Positions 25,416 to 33,107 of a stretch of 53,692 nt of DNA are shown here, one piece after another. How positions within the stretch are numbered: the first letter of the stretch is position 1; every line of letters begins with the position of its first letter. Made by a program: the position numbers and the translations under genes. The stretch lies in IMG/VR virus record IMGVR_UViG_3300050190_000114. One strand, 5' to 3'. Below the pieces are notes generated by a model. The model searched no databases. It saw only the letters and a program-made list of their open reading frames with translations, and was not told where the DNA came from. Origin of the DNA: a virus.

Positions 25416-26026
25416 GCGCCTTATTGTTTGGGCTGATCGGGATGTTGCGGGTCCGTGCTCGGCATTGCGCGGCGGCAATCGGGAAGCCGTTCGAAGATGA
25501 GCAAACCCTTCGGCGTTACGCCGCAGGGCTTGAATCCAGCCCTCAGGAATCACCGGCCAGGGTCGCGCTTATGTCGAACCTTGGAAGCATCAACGAACGT
25601 AAAGAGGCGCTCTCCGGGCCAGCGTTGCCATGCTTCCGAGACGGCGGCTTCAATCAGATCACTGGCGCGGCCGGCGCTCGATCCCTCGTTACGAAACACT
25701 GCATTATTGACGCCGATTTGACCATCAAGCCGATACCGTTCTTTCCGCCACACGAACAGAGCGCGCGCGTCGGGGCTCAGCAGCACAATCGACTCACCGG
25801 GTCCAACGAATTGCGCCTGCATTTCTGGCTTCCGCTTAGCAGAATAGTGGCGCGAGAAGATCGAAAGCGCGCTCACGTTTCCGTCACGAATCAGAATCCA
25901 TGGCCCATCGGAAAACAAGAACGGCTGTTCAGGCATGGCGCTATTGTACAGCTCCCGCGCACTGGCTTGCACGCATCGGGCAACCCGGCGAACGGCGGTT
26001 CACCCCTAATCCAAGGAGCGCTCTAA
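25409..26026 (+). CDS. Bridge ORF F (206 codons, sense ORF spanning cassette F)
   Basis: GTG/TTG start overlaps the upstream stop. Its stop lies 3 nt before the next ATG. L5 block at 25421-25472. L3 block at 25990-26006. Confidence 0.35.
   Translation: MLSALLFGLIGMLRVRARHCAAAIGKPFEDEQTLRRYAAGLESSPQESPARVALMSNLGSINERKEALSGPALPCFRDGGFNQITGAAGARSLVTKHCIIDADLTIKPIPFFPPHEQSARVGAQQHNRLTGSNELRLHFWLPLSRIVAREDRKRAHVSVTNQNPWPIGKQERLFRHGAIVQLPRTGLHASGNPANGGSPLIQGAL
25550..25972 (-). CDS. Antisense accessory gene with RHYS..FVGPG..FRNE motifs (GNAT-like family suspected), ending at an in-frame TGA
   Basis: The motif order matches an uncharacterised phage/actinobacterial family as I recall it. The frame stays open for 42 more codons after the TGA (to 25421). 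Confidence 0.5.
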   Translation of the reverse strand: MQASARELYNSAMPEQPFLFSDGPWILIRDGNVSALSIFSRHYSAKRKPEMQAQFVGPGESIVLLSPDARALFVWRKERYRLDGQIGVNNAVFRNEGSSAGRASDLIEAAVSEAWQRWPGERLFTFVDASKVRHKRDPGR

Positions 26027-26029
26027 CCC

Positions 26030-27283
26030 ATGCCAGGCATGATCACAGCCCCAGCGGTGAAGATACTCTCAGCGCTCTTCGGTACAACTGGAGAGCTCTC
26101 TAATCCAGGAGGAGTTTTTCAACTGGGAAACGGAAACGCACTCTACATCCCGGTAACCAATCCCTGCGAAGGTAACGGGCTACAGCAGCTCTGGGCCGAC
26201 AATGTACCGCCTCCGCTTCCGTCGAACGCCCGGATGCTGAAATCGATCGACAACGGGGCAACCTGGGCGGAAATCGACGCAGCGCACGCGCCGGCAGTCT
26301 CCCTGACAAACCACACGGCCAACACCGGGGCCACAAGTCCGCTCACTGCGGTGCTTCAGGATGCCAATACCATCCTCGTGGCTTACGTCAAGTGGGATTA
26401 TCACTCAGCCGACGCGCCCGTCCTGGCGTTTTCCATCTTCCACATGGATACAGGGCTATGGGGGGCTGAAACCACCGGAGGGCCGGCGTTTCCTAATGCT
26501 TTGCAAGGCGGTAGCGGAAAGATCCACATGGCTTACCGCGCCACGGATGGTTCGGTGATCATCGCTTGGGCCGGCGTGCCGGAAACCGTGGGGGGCACAC
26601 CCTATCTCCGCATCTTCTATACGATCTATAACGCGGGATGGTCCGCGGCGGCGCCCATCGACGCAACGCAGACCGGCGCCACTCTGAATTACGATCTGGG
26701 GGGAGTTGTCTCGGGAACCGCCGGACGGTCGCATTTTTTCTATACGATTCAGAATCCCCCAGTATCGAACGCGGTGAATAGTCGAACGTTGAATGGGGCG
26801 AATGCCCTGCTTACGGTAGTGGTCGTCGCGCCGCTCGATCCGAGCGCCGGTATCAATTTCCCGATTTCGTATGCCGGGAACATCGGCGTAGCCTACATTC
26901 GCGGTTTTCCTGTTAGCTTTTTTTCCACTGCGGTCTCGGCCGATGTGCCTGTCTTTTCAGAACAAGCCTTGCCTAACATAGGCGGGAATCCGGGCGGCGT
27001 TGCGACGGTCTACGTATCCAGCAGCCTTGGTGGCGTCGACGGTGCAGGGCAAAATGCCTGGTCCAATCCGAGCGCTACAGCATTGGGATGGAGTGGGGTA
27101 ACATTCGTTTTTATGGCCGATCCGATGTTTCCGTCAACAAGCCCGACCGTTGGCTCCCCGATTTCATTAGGCATGGGGGTAGTAGTCACGGCGAATCTTC
27201 CAGGGGAAACGACGAACGATACTCAGCTCTACTTCTTTGCCTTTAGTCAAGGTGCCTGCCCAAAGAATGCGCAGGGAGTATGA
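26030..27283 (+). CDS. Asp-box (BNR) beta-propeller-like protein, spike or receptor-binding candidate
   Basis: Preceded by the L3 block and AAGGAG. Asp-box motif SIDNGATW. Repetitive beta-strand pattern. Confidence 0.55.
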   Translation: MPGMITAPAVKILSALFGTTGELSNPGGVFQLGNGNALYIPVTNPCEGNGLQQLWADNVPPPLPSNARMLKSIDNGATWAEIDAAHAPAVSLTNHTANTGATSPLTAVLQDANTILVAYVKWDYHSADAPVLAFSIFHMDTGLWGAETTGGPAFPNALQGGSGKIHMAYRATDGSVIIAWAGVPETVGGTPYLRIFYTIYNAGWSAAAPIDATQTGATLNYDLGGVVSGTAGRSHFFYTIQNPPVSNAVNSRTLNGANALLTVVVVAPLDPSAGINFPISYAGNIGVAYIRGFPVSFFSTAVSADVPVFSEQALPNIGGNPGGVATVYVSSSLGGVDGAGQNAWSNPSATALGWSGVTFVFMADPMFPSTSPTVGSPISLGMGVVVTANLPGETTNDTQLYFFAFSQGACPKNAQGV

Positions 27284-27291
27284 TCGGGTTT

Positions 27292-27441
27292 ATGAAAGTG
27301 CTTTTAGTTTGGGCTGAACGCGGATTGACGGGCCGTGCTCGGCATTGCGCGGTGACAGTCTCCGCGCGCACGACAATCGGAAACCTTCGCGGAATGTGCG
27401 ACGGCGGTTCACCACAAAGGCGGCCATGCTTACCAACATAG
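27292..27441 (+). CDS. Bridge ORF G (49 aa), minimal complete cassette
   Basis: L5 block at 27301-27352. Hairpin GCGCGG-N9-CCGCGC. L3 block at 27379-27413. Its stop lies 13 nt past the downstream ATG 27426. Confidence 0.4.
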   Translation: MKVLLVWAERGLTGRARHCAVTVSARTTIGNLRGMCDGGSPQRRPCLPT

Positions 27442-27989
27442 TAGACGGCTGGGCATTGAACCCCTCAATCAGATACTTACCCTACCGTGCGATCGCCATG
27501 CTCCTGGGGCAACTGGATCCCCTGAGGCGGGCGCACAACTACCGGGAGAGAATCTGGGTCTTGCCTGACGATCTGACAATTCCAATCCCGGCTCGAGGGC
27601 AGTTCAACCGGCAGATCCGTATCACGCCGAATTCGTATTTGTGGGGAGCCACCTGCTACAAGTTTACGGTGGAAGGCGGCCACTTCTTCGGAGTTGCGGC
27701 GCCATCGCTTCTTTCAATTCAGATCACCGACGATGCGACAGGATGTCAGTTTGGAAGCGAGTTCATCAACGCGCAGGCGGTCTATCCGCGGCCGGATGTT
27801 TCGGTTGCCGGGATCGTTCTCCCCTCGGGCTCGACGCCATGCCTTTTGACGCAGCCGCGGCTGTTCGTGAAACCGGGATTGCTTTCGGTGGAAATTGCAA
27901 ACCTGGATACGGTTCCTGTGAATTGCCAACTGGCGCTTTATTTTTCAGAACCGTGTGACATGATCGATAGAGGAGCTCAGTGTACGTGA
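27426..27989 (+). CDS. Beta-rich capsid-associated protein (187 aa)
   Basis: ATG follows the L3 block. C-terminal strands LLSVEIANLDTVPVNCQLALYF. Confidence 0.6.
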   Translation: MLTNIVDGWALNPSIRYLPYRAIAMLLGQLDPLRRAHNYRERIWVLPDDLTIPIPARGQFNRQIRITPNSYLWGATCYKFTVEGGHFFGVAAPSLLSIQITDDATGCQFGSEFINAQAVYPRPDVSVAGIVLPSGSTPCLLTQPRLFVKPGLLSVEIANLDTVPVNCQLALYFSEPCDMIDRGAQCT

Positions 27990-28117
27990 TGAAGCGGTTT
28001 ATAGGTTGGGTAGTACTGGCTGCTCGGCTTCATCGAAGTCTTTGCGCGGTGAGACGCGCTATCGGTGAAGCGGGTCGCAGACCAATTCGAATTCGGAAAG
28101 CCGGAGAGTGCCCATGA
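27989..28117 (+). CDS. Bridge ORF H (42 aa, L5 block)
   Basis: TGATG overlap upstream and ATGA overlap with the next ORF. L5 block at 27996-28049. Confidence 0.4.
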   Translation: MKRFIGWVVLAARLHRSLCAVRRAIGEAGRRPIRIRKAGECP

Positions 28118-28413
28118 TCGCCTATCACGGAACCACTACAGAACGGCTGCGATCCATCCGAGCGTTTGGATTACGTAAGGGCTCATGGTGTTCTTCGCTA
28201 AAATTGGTAGCGGAGCACTTCGCGGCCCGTCGCGCGGAATGGAACGGCGGAACACCTATCGTGATCATGATCGAGATCGAGCGCATCCCAACCGAGCGTA
28301 TGGACCGTTCGGACCGGCCAGAATTCCAACTGACTGCCACCGCGCTCCCCTCTACCTTAACCTTCGCGGACAGCACGACGGCGGTTTACCACCAAGAGGT
28401 TTCATGCCCCTAG
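28114..28413 (+). CDS. Mini ART-fold protein (Tpt1/KptA-like or diphtheria-toxin-like YHGT motif) in cassette H
   Basis: SD GGAGAG. N-terminus MIAYHGTTTERLRSIRAFGLRKGS. The L3 block (28359-28390) lies in its 3' end. The track ORF starts at GTG 28108. Confidence 0.4.
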   Translation: MIAYHGTTTERLRSIRAFGLRKGSWCSSLKLVAEHFAARRAEWNGGTPIVIMIEIERIPTERMDRSDRPEFQLTATALPSTLTFADSTTAVYHQEVSCP

Positions 28414-28985
28414 TCGAATCCTGCCTCTCCCTCCAAAACCGAATCTGGGAACAACCCAACGCCTTCAACCACTGCTTAAACCAGGAATGCCAACTCTGGG
28501 AACAAATCATCCTCCGCGGTGGACTCGAAATGGTCTGCCAGACCATGCGTAAAAAGCGCTACCTGAAAGCACCTTGGGTTGAAATGCCACCGGAGGGAGA
28601 GAGGCTGCAGAAAGTCGGATCGATCCCACTTCCGGCCGCGGAGCTCGTCGATACGCAAATTCTCGATTTCACCATGCCCATCGGATGGGATGGAGTCGGA
28701 ACCAATGTCATGATGACGGTCGCGGGTTCCGGTTTCGTCGAGGGCTCGGGCGACGTCATCTGGCGAATGCAGGTGGGTCAGCGCTGGATACCGGATTTCT
28801 CAAACGTGATCTTTTCACTTAACGATCTGCGAAACCCGCATGCGCTTGTAGGCGGGTACATCCGTTTGCTTTCCTTGCAACGGGTCCAAATCTTCGCAAG
28901 TTTGGGCGCCGGGGCGCTCGGGAGACTGGATCCTGCAGACCGGCTGAATGCGGCTGTAGTGGGATGGCAGTATCCAAAGAGGTAA
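28404..28985 (+). CDS. Beta-rich capsid-associated protein (193 aa)
   Basis: ATG follows the L3 block and AAGAGG. Motifs GDVIWRMQVG and AAVVGWQYPKR. The track ORF 28185 is an N-terminal over-extension. Confidence 0.6.
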   Translation: MPLVESCLSLQNRIWEQPNAFNHCLNQECQLWEQIILRGGLEMVCQTMRKKRYLKAPWVEMPPEGERLQKVGSIPLPAAELVDTQILDFTMPIGWDGVGTNVMMTVAGSGFVEGSGDVIWRMQVGQRWIPDFSNVIFSLNDLRNPHALVGGYIRLLSLQRVQIFASLGAGALGRLDPADRLNAAVVGWQYPKR

Positions 28986-28986
28986 A

Positions 28987-30033
28987 ATGCCGACGATTAG
29001 AGCCCCTAGGACGAATCGCAGGAGCCTCTGCCATGGTTTACTATGGCTAAAACAGGGTTCCAGTCGTTGGGCCGTGCTCTTGTGCGCCCTTCTTGCGGGT
29101 GGGAGCGCGGGGGCTTTTCTTTTCGATCCGTGCTGGAGGCTGGACAGGTGGGGCGGGAATGTCGAAGGTCATCAGGCGATGCTCTCGGATCAATCCGGCG
29201 ACCAGATCTCCACTGAAGTCGAACAGCAGATTATTTTTCTCTTCGCTGGCTTCGAACCGTTGGCCGCCCTTTTCGATTACGCCCCTCTTCAGCCGAACGC
29301 AAATGACTGGCATATCTGCCGTGCAAGCGCTCAACTCAGGGCAAACGACGGCCAGAGTCGCGCCCTTGTATTCGAACAGGTCTCCGATTCCGACCTCGAC
29401 CTCTCCGTACTGATCGCGCAGCGTCATGCTAGTCACGGCCTCGATTCCATTTGGCCCGTCGCAGATCATGCTTCCAGCCGTTTCAGAATCGCTTTTGTCA
29501 TCCGCCGATTGTACAATTTCCAGAACCAGTTTAACAGCATCGTTTTATTCTCCTGCCTTAGAGACGTGCGAAATGGTACCAGCGTGTCCGATTTTGGTTC
29601 TATTTCTTGCCCTAGGCCGTTGGTTCTACGTACCTACGGGATGAGGACCTTAGTTTGGGCTCGACATTCGACGCAGGCTCAGGATCGGCATTGCGCGGGG
29701 GCGGTCAATGCCTGGCAACCTCTAGCCGAGTTATCCGCTCACCCTGGCTGGCTAACCGCTGTTCGATGCGATCAAGAATCCCTTCGATGCGATCCAGACG
29801 GCGCGCGAAGTCATCCAGCCGCTTATTATTCGCCCACGTGCCAAAAAGAACGGCGATCACTATCGGCAGCGCGGTCGAAAGAGCGATCACTATCGGCAGC
29901 GCGGTCGAAAGAAAGGATTGCAGCATCGGATTGTTCACCCGTCAAGTATGCGCCGAATCAGCAGCGGGCGCAATACGCCACAGCGCACTTCAGTACTGAA
30001 ACCCTCGACCGACTGTCGAGCCCAACAACATGA
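28987..30033 (+). CDS. Bridge ORF I (349 codons, sense ORF spanning a 1-kb double cassette)
   Basis: ATG 1 nt after the upstream stop. ATGA overlap with the downstream start. Internal L5 block at 29649-29698, where an internal Met (29641) restarts the family N-terminus. Confidence 0.35.
   Translation: MPTIRAPRTNRRSLCHGLLWLKQGSSRWAVLLCALLAGGSAGAFLFDPCWRLDRWGGNVEGHQAMLSDQSGDQISTEVEQQIIFLFAGFEPLAALFDYAPLQPNANDWHICRASAQLRANDGQSRALVFEQVSDSDLDLSVLIAQRHASHGLDSIWPVADHASSRFRIAFVIRRLYNFQNQFNSIVLFSCLRDVRNGTSVSDFGSISCPRPLVLRTYGMRTLVWARHSTQAQDRHCAGAVNAWQPLAELSAHPGWLTAVRCDQESLRCDPDGARSHPAAYYSPTCQKERRSLSAARSKERSLSAARSKERIAASDCSPVKYAPNQQRAQYATAHFSTETLDRLSSPTT
29047..29469 (-). CDS. Antisense accessory protein (140 aa) in cassette I
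   Basis: Balanced protein-like composition. Codon-aligned antisense to the bridge ORF. Confidence 0.45.
   Translation of the reverse strand: MICDGPNGIEAVTSMTLRDQYGEVEVGIGDLFEYKGATLAVVCPELSACTADMPVICVRLKRGVIEKGGQRFEASEEKNNLLFDFSGDLVAGLIREHRLMTFDIPAPPVQPPARIEKKSPRAPTRKKGAQEHGPTTGTLF
29705..29938 (-). CDS. Antisense TM plus coiled-coil protein (77 aa) in cassette I
   Basis: Duplicated TM segment STALPIVIA x2, then the heptad-like LDDFARRLDRIEGILDRIEQRL. Confidence 0.45.
   Translation of the reverse strand: MNNPMLQSFLSTALPIVIALSTALPIVIAVLFGTWANNKRLDDFARRLDRIEGILDRIEQRLASQGERITRLEVARH
29853..29912. repeat. Perfect 30-bp tandem duplication (2 copies)
   Basis: GCGATCACTATCGGCAGCGCGGTCGAAAGA occurs twice back to back. 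This is 10 codons, so it is in frame on both strands. Confidence 0.95.
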
Positions 30034-31076
30034 AAACTCTCTTACTCGCACTCCTCATCATCCCCTTAGCCTACGCTCAGCAACTCCAGCCCGTCTCTAG
30101 CGTTCAAGCGGACTGCGGCAAATTCCTGCAACCGGCGATCACCACGGCGGGAACCTTCAACAGCGCGACGGTCGACAATCGATTCGCAGCGTGCGACGGC
30201 TGGGTAGTCACCTACTCTTCATTTGGCTTCGCTACGGTCTCCGTATTGCTTCAGAGCGCTCCTTTGACAACGGCAGGAGCGGCAGGAACCTTCGTATCGT
30301 TCGCCGGCACGATCGTAACCGGCTCAGTGAATCCCACCACGGCAACCAACCAGGGCGAGATTCGAGCTACCGGGTACTTTCCTTACGTGCGGGTTCAGAT
30401 CACCACCACGGGAGCCGGGTACTTGACGGCGGAATTCCACGGCTTCAAAACGAATCCAAATTCGGGAAGCGGAGCGCCGGCCGGAACAGGCTGCCCTAAT
30501 CCCTGCCCGGTAATCGGTCCCACTGCCTCAGGAAGCCCGCCTACGACTCCTCCAGTGCTGGTAGCAGGGCTCGATACGAATGCAGGTAATATCGAGCCAC
30601 TCCTGGTCGATTTCTTCGGGGGGCTGATACTAGGGGCACGAACTACCCAGCCACCCGATTTAGGAACCACAACCAGCATGCCATTCTTGCAATCGAGCAA
30701 CATGCTAGGGGGGATGGGTATTTACAGTTTGCCGATTATCACTACTGCGGATGGAAATCATTTTTCGCAAGCGCCAGGCGATGAAACACATGGACCTTTG
30801 GTACAACTCTCAGGCAATAGCGCGGTACGCTCCGCTCAGCAGGCAGTGACGAATGCGGCTGTGGCTCTGACTTCAGGAGCAGCGAAGAATATCTGCGTTA
30901 AAGGGCTTTCGACCAACACCGCATCGGTCTACATCGGTCCAACGGGAATTACGACGTCTACAGGAATGGAACTAGCGCCGGGAGACGCTTATTGTGGGCC
31001 AGTTTCGAACACCAATCTCATTTTCGTCATCGCGACAGCGGGAGGTCAGAGCATCTCATGGATCGCCACAAATTAA
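30030..31076 (+). CDS. Late protein with a Sec-type signal peptide (348 aa)
   Basis: N-terminus MKTLLLALLIIPLAYAQQ. Pro/Thr linker. C-terminal beta domain. Confidence 0.65.
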   Translation: MKTLLLALLIIPLAYAQQLQPVSSVQADCGKFLQPAITTAGTFNSATVDNRFAACDGWVVTYSSFGFATVSVLLQSAPLTTAGAAGTFVSFAGTIVTGSVNPTTATNQGEIRATGYFPYVRVQITTTGAGYLTAEFHGFKTNPNSGSGAPAGTGCPNPCPVIGPTASGSPPTTPPVLVAGLDTNAGNIEPLLVDFFGGLILGARTTQPPDLGTTTSMPFLQSSNMLGGMGIYSLPIITTADGNHFSQAPGDETHGPLVQLSGNSAVRSAQQAVTNAAVALTSGAAKNICVKGLSTNTASVYIGPTGITTSTGMELAPGDAYCGPVSNTNLIFVIATAGGQSISWIATN

Positions 31077-31594
31077 TCTGGCTGTTTCTTTGCTTCTTTG
31101 CTCTGACCGGCCAGGCGCAAGGGCCATCATTCGTCTCGCGTGGCAGGATAACGGGAGCGTTTACAATTGGAAATTGCGTGAAAGTCGGTGCCGCTGGAAG
31201 CCTCATCGACAACGGCACCACCTGTGCGGGAGCAGGAAGTTCTCAACTCCACTCCATAAGCTTCGTAATCGACGGCGGCGGCTCGGTCATCGTCCTTGGG
31301 GATGCGAAGGTCTACCCGACAGCGGATTTCACTTGTACCATAAACCGCTGGGATATCTCGGCTGATCAATCCGGTTCGATTACCGTGGATGTTTGGAAAG
31401 CGGCCGGGGCGATTCCGACTTCAGGCAACAAGATTTCCGCGTCGGCTCCGCTAACTCTCTCCACGGCGCAACTGGCGCAAAATGGTTCTAGATCAGGATG
31501 GACGGCGGCGGTTTCGACTGGGGATGTGTTTGGATTTTCGGTCGCAACGGCTACAACGGTAACACGGGTAACCGGGCAGATTTGGTGTCAGTGA
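31058..31594 (+). CDS. Late protein with a Sec-type signal peptide (178 aa)
   Basis: N-terminus MDRHKLIWLFLCFFALTGQAQG. Overlaps the upstream gene by 19 nt. Confidence 0.6.
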   Translation: MDRHKLIWLFLCFFALTGQAQGPSFVSRGRITGAFTIGNCVKVGAAGSLIDNGTTCAGAGSSQLHSISFVIDGGGSVIVLGDAKVYPTADFTCTINRWDISADQSGSITVDVWKAAGAIPTSGNKISASAPLTLSTAQLAQNGSRSGWTAAVSTGDVFGFSVATATTVTRVTGQIWCQ

Positions 31595-33102
31595 TGAAGG
31601 GATTGTTTCTTATTCTAATCTCTGCGCCGTGCTTTGCTGCCATATCGAGCAACACTGCCTGGGAAGTCCGCACGGTTTCGAGCGACACCAACGGCGGCGG
31701 CTTCGTGCAAGGCGCGACCGGGACGGACATGTCCCAGTTCAACAACAAGAACGCTGCGGCCTGCTCCTCTTGCCAATCCGCCACGGTCAACATTTCCACC
31801 ACTGACGCGGTAGCGATCGGAACAACCACCATCACCAGCATTACGGGGAATTTTTCAGCGGCCATCGTTGGAAACATCGTGGAGTTTTCCGGGGGGACGG
31901 GTAGCATTACAGCGGTTTGGAAGCAAGTGACCGCTTTCACGAACGCGACCACCATCACCATCGACTCCTCCATCGCCGCTTCCACCGGCATGACGATGAA
32001 CATCGGCGGCGCGCTGGCCACGATCGGCAAGGCCCTTGCGGTCATGACCGCGCAGAATATCATCTTCGTGAAGGCCACGGCTACCTATTCCATCACGGCG
32101 AATCTCACGCTCGCCAATCAGTTCACGCCAACCAATGCCGCACCGCCCAACCAACTCATCGGCTATACGACCAGCCGCACCGACACGGGCCGCGCGACGA
32201 TCCAACTCACAACCAACTCCAATCTCACGGCCCTCGACGGAACCAACGGGCAAGGATGGTGGATCAGTAATTTCGTGATCGACTGCAATAGCTTGACCGG
32301 ATCGCTCGGCGCGCGCATCAATTCGCATTCGGTGCTACGAAACCTGCTGGTGAAGAACTGCCTGGCTATCGGCGTCAATCTGGCCAACGGCACGTCCAGG
32401 CTGATGGACTCGGAAATCACCGCCAATACCGCAAGCGCCGGCAATGGCGCCGTGAATAGCGGAGGAGCTCAAAATTCCATCGAGCGCAACTACATCCACG
32501 ACAATACCGGATCGGGAATCGTGCTGGCGGGAGGCGGATCGATGGCCAGCTTCAACGTGATTGCGAACAATTCCGGCGCGTCGAGTCAGGGCATTTTGGT
32601 GAACAATTCAGGCATAAACGTCATTTTTAACAACACTATCTACAATAATGGTCAGGATGGAATCCAGTTCACTAATAACGCTTCGCTCGGGTCCGATTCA
32701 ACGGCGCGCAACAATCTGCTGATCTCCAACGCCCGCTATGGACTGAACGGCTACAACGTCAATCCAGGCTGGGGAAAGTTCCCGCAGTGGGACGGTAACG
32801 CTTATTTCGGGAACACGACAGCCGCAAGGAACAACGCCGACGATACAGGAACAACGAATCCGATCAACGCAGCTAACCCCTACACGAACACATTGGACGT
32901 GACCCTGACAGCGAGTCCGTTCACCAACGCCGGAACGCACGATTTCACTCTGAATTCCACGGCGGGCGGCGGGGCGGCGGCGAAAGGAACGGCTACACCT
33001 GGAGCGCTTCCGGGGCTTTCGCAGTCGGGCGCTCTGAGTTTCGGAGCGTTGCAGCAAGCAAGTTCCACCAGTACGGGATCGAATTCCGCTTTTGCGCAGT
33101 GA
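31594..33102 (+). CDS. Right-handed beta-helix (pectate-lyase-like) protein with a signal peptide, depolymerase or spike candidate
   Basis: N-terminus MKGLFLILISAPCFA. PbH1-like repeats (NYIHDNTGSGIVL, VIANNSGASSQGILV, NNTIYNNGQDGIQF, NNLLISNARYGL). Confidence 0.65.
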   Translation: MKGLFLILISAPCFAAISSNTAWEVRTVSSDTNGGGFVQGATGTDMSQFNNKNAAACSSCQSATVNISTTDAVAIGTTTITSITGNFSAAIVGNIVEFSGGTGSITAVWKQVTAFTNATTITIDSSIAASTGMTMNIGGALATIGKALAVMTAQNIIFVKATATYSITANLTLANQFTPTNAAPPNQLIGYTTSRTDTGRATIQLTTNSNLTALDGTNGQGWWISNFVIDCNSLTGSLGARINSHSVLRNLLVKNCLAIGVNLANGTSRLMDSEITANTASAGNGAVNSGGAQNSIERNYIHDNTGSGIVLAGGGSMASFNVIANNSGASSQGILVNNSGINVIFNNTIYNNGQDGIQFTNNASLGSDSTARNNLLISNARYGLNGYNVNPGWGKFPQWDGNAYFGNTTAARNNADDTGTTNPINAANPYTNTLDVTLTASPFTNAGTHDFTLNSTAGGGAAAKGTATPGALPGLSQSGALSFGALQQASSTSTGSNSAFAQ

Positions 33103-33107
33103 GTAAA

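Noticed and set aside
25550-25552. Genome-wide TGA reassignment as the explanation for the in-frame TGA in cassette F
   Set aside because: TGA terminates many clearly delimited genes here (numerous ATGA/GTGA overlaps), so a global code change is not supported. A local nonsense mutation or local recoding remains possible.
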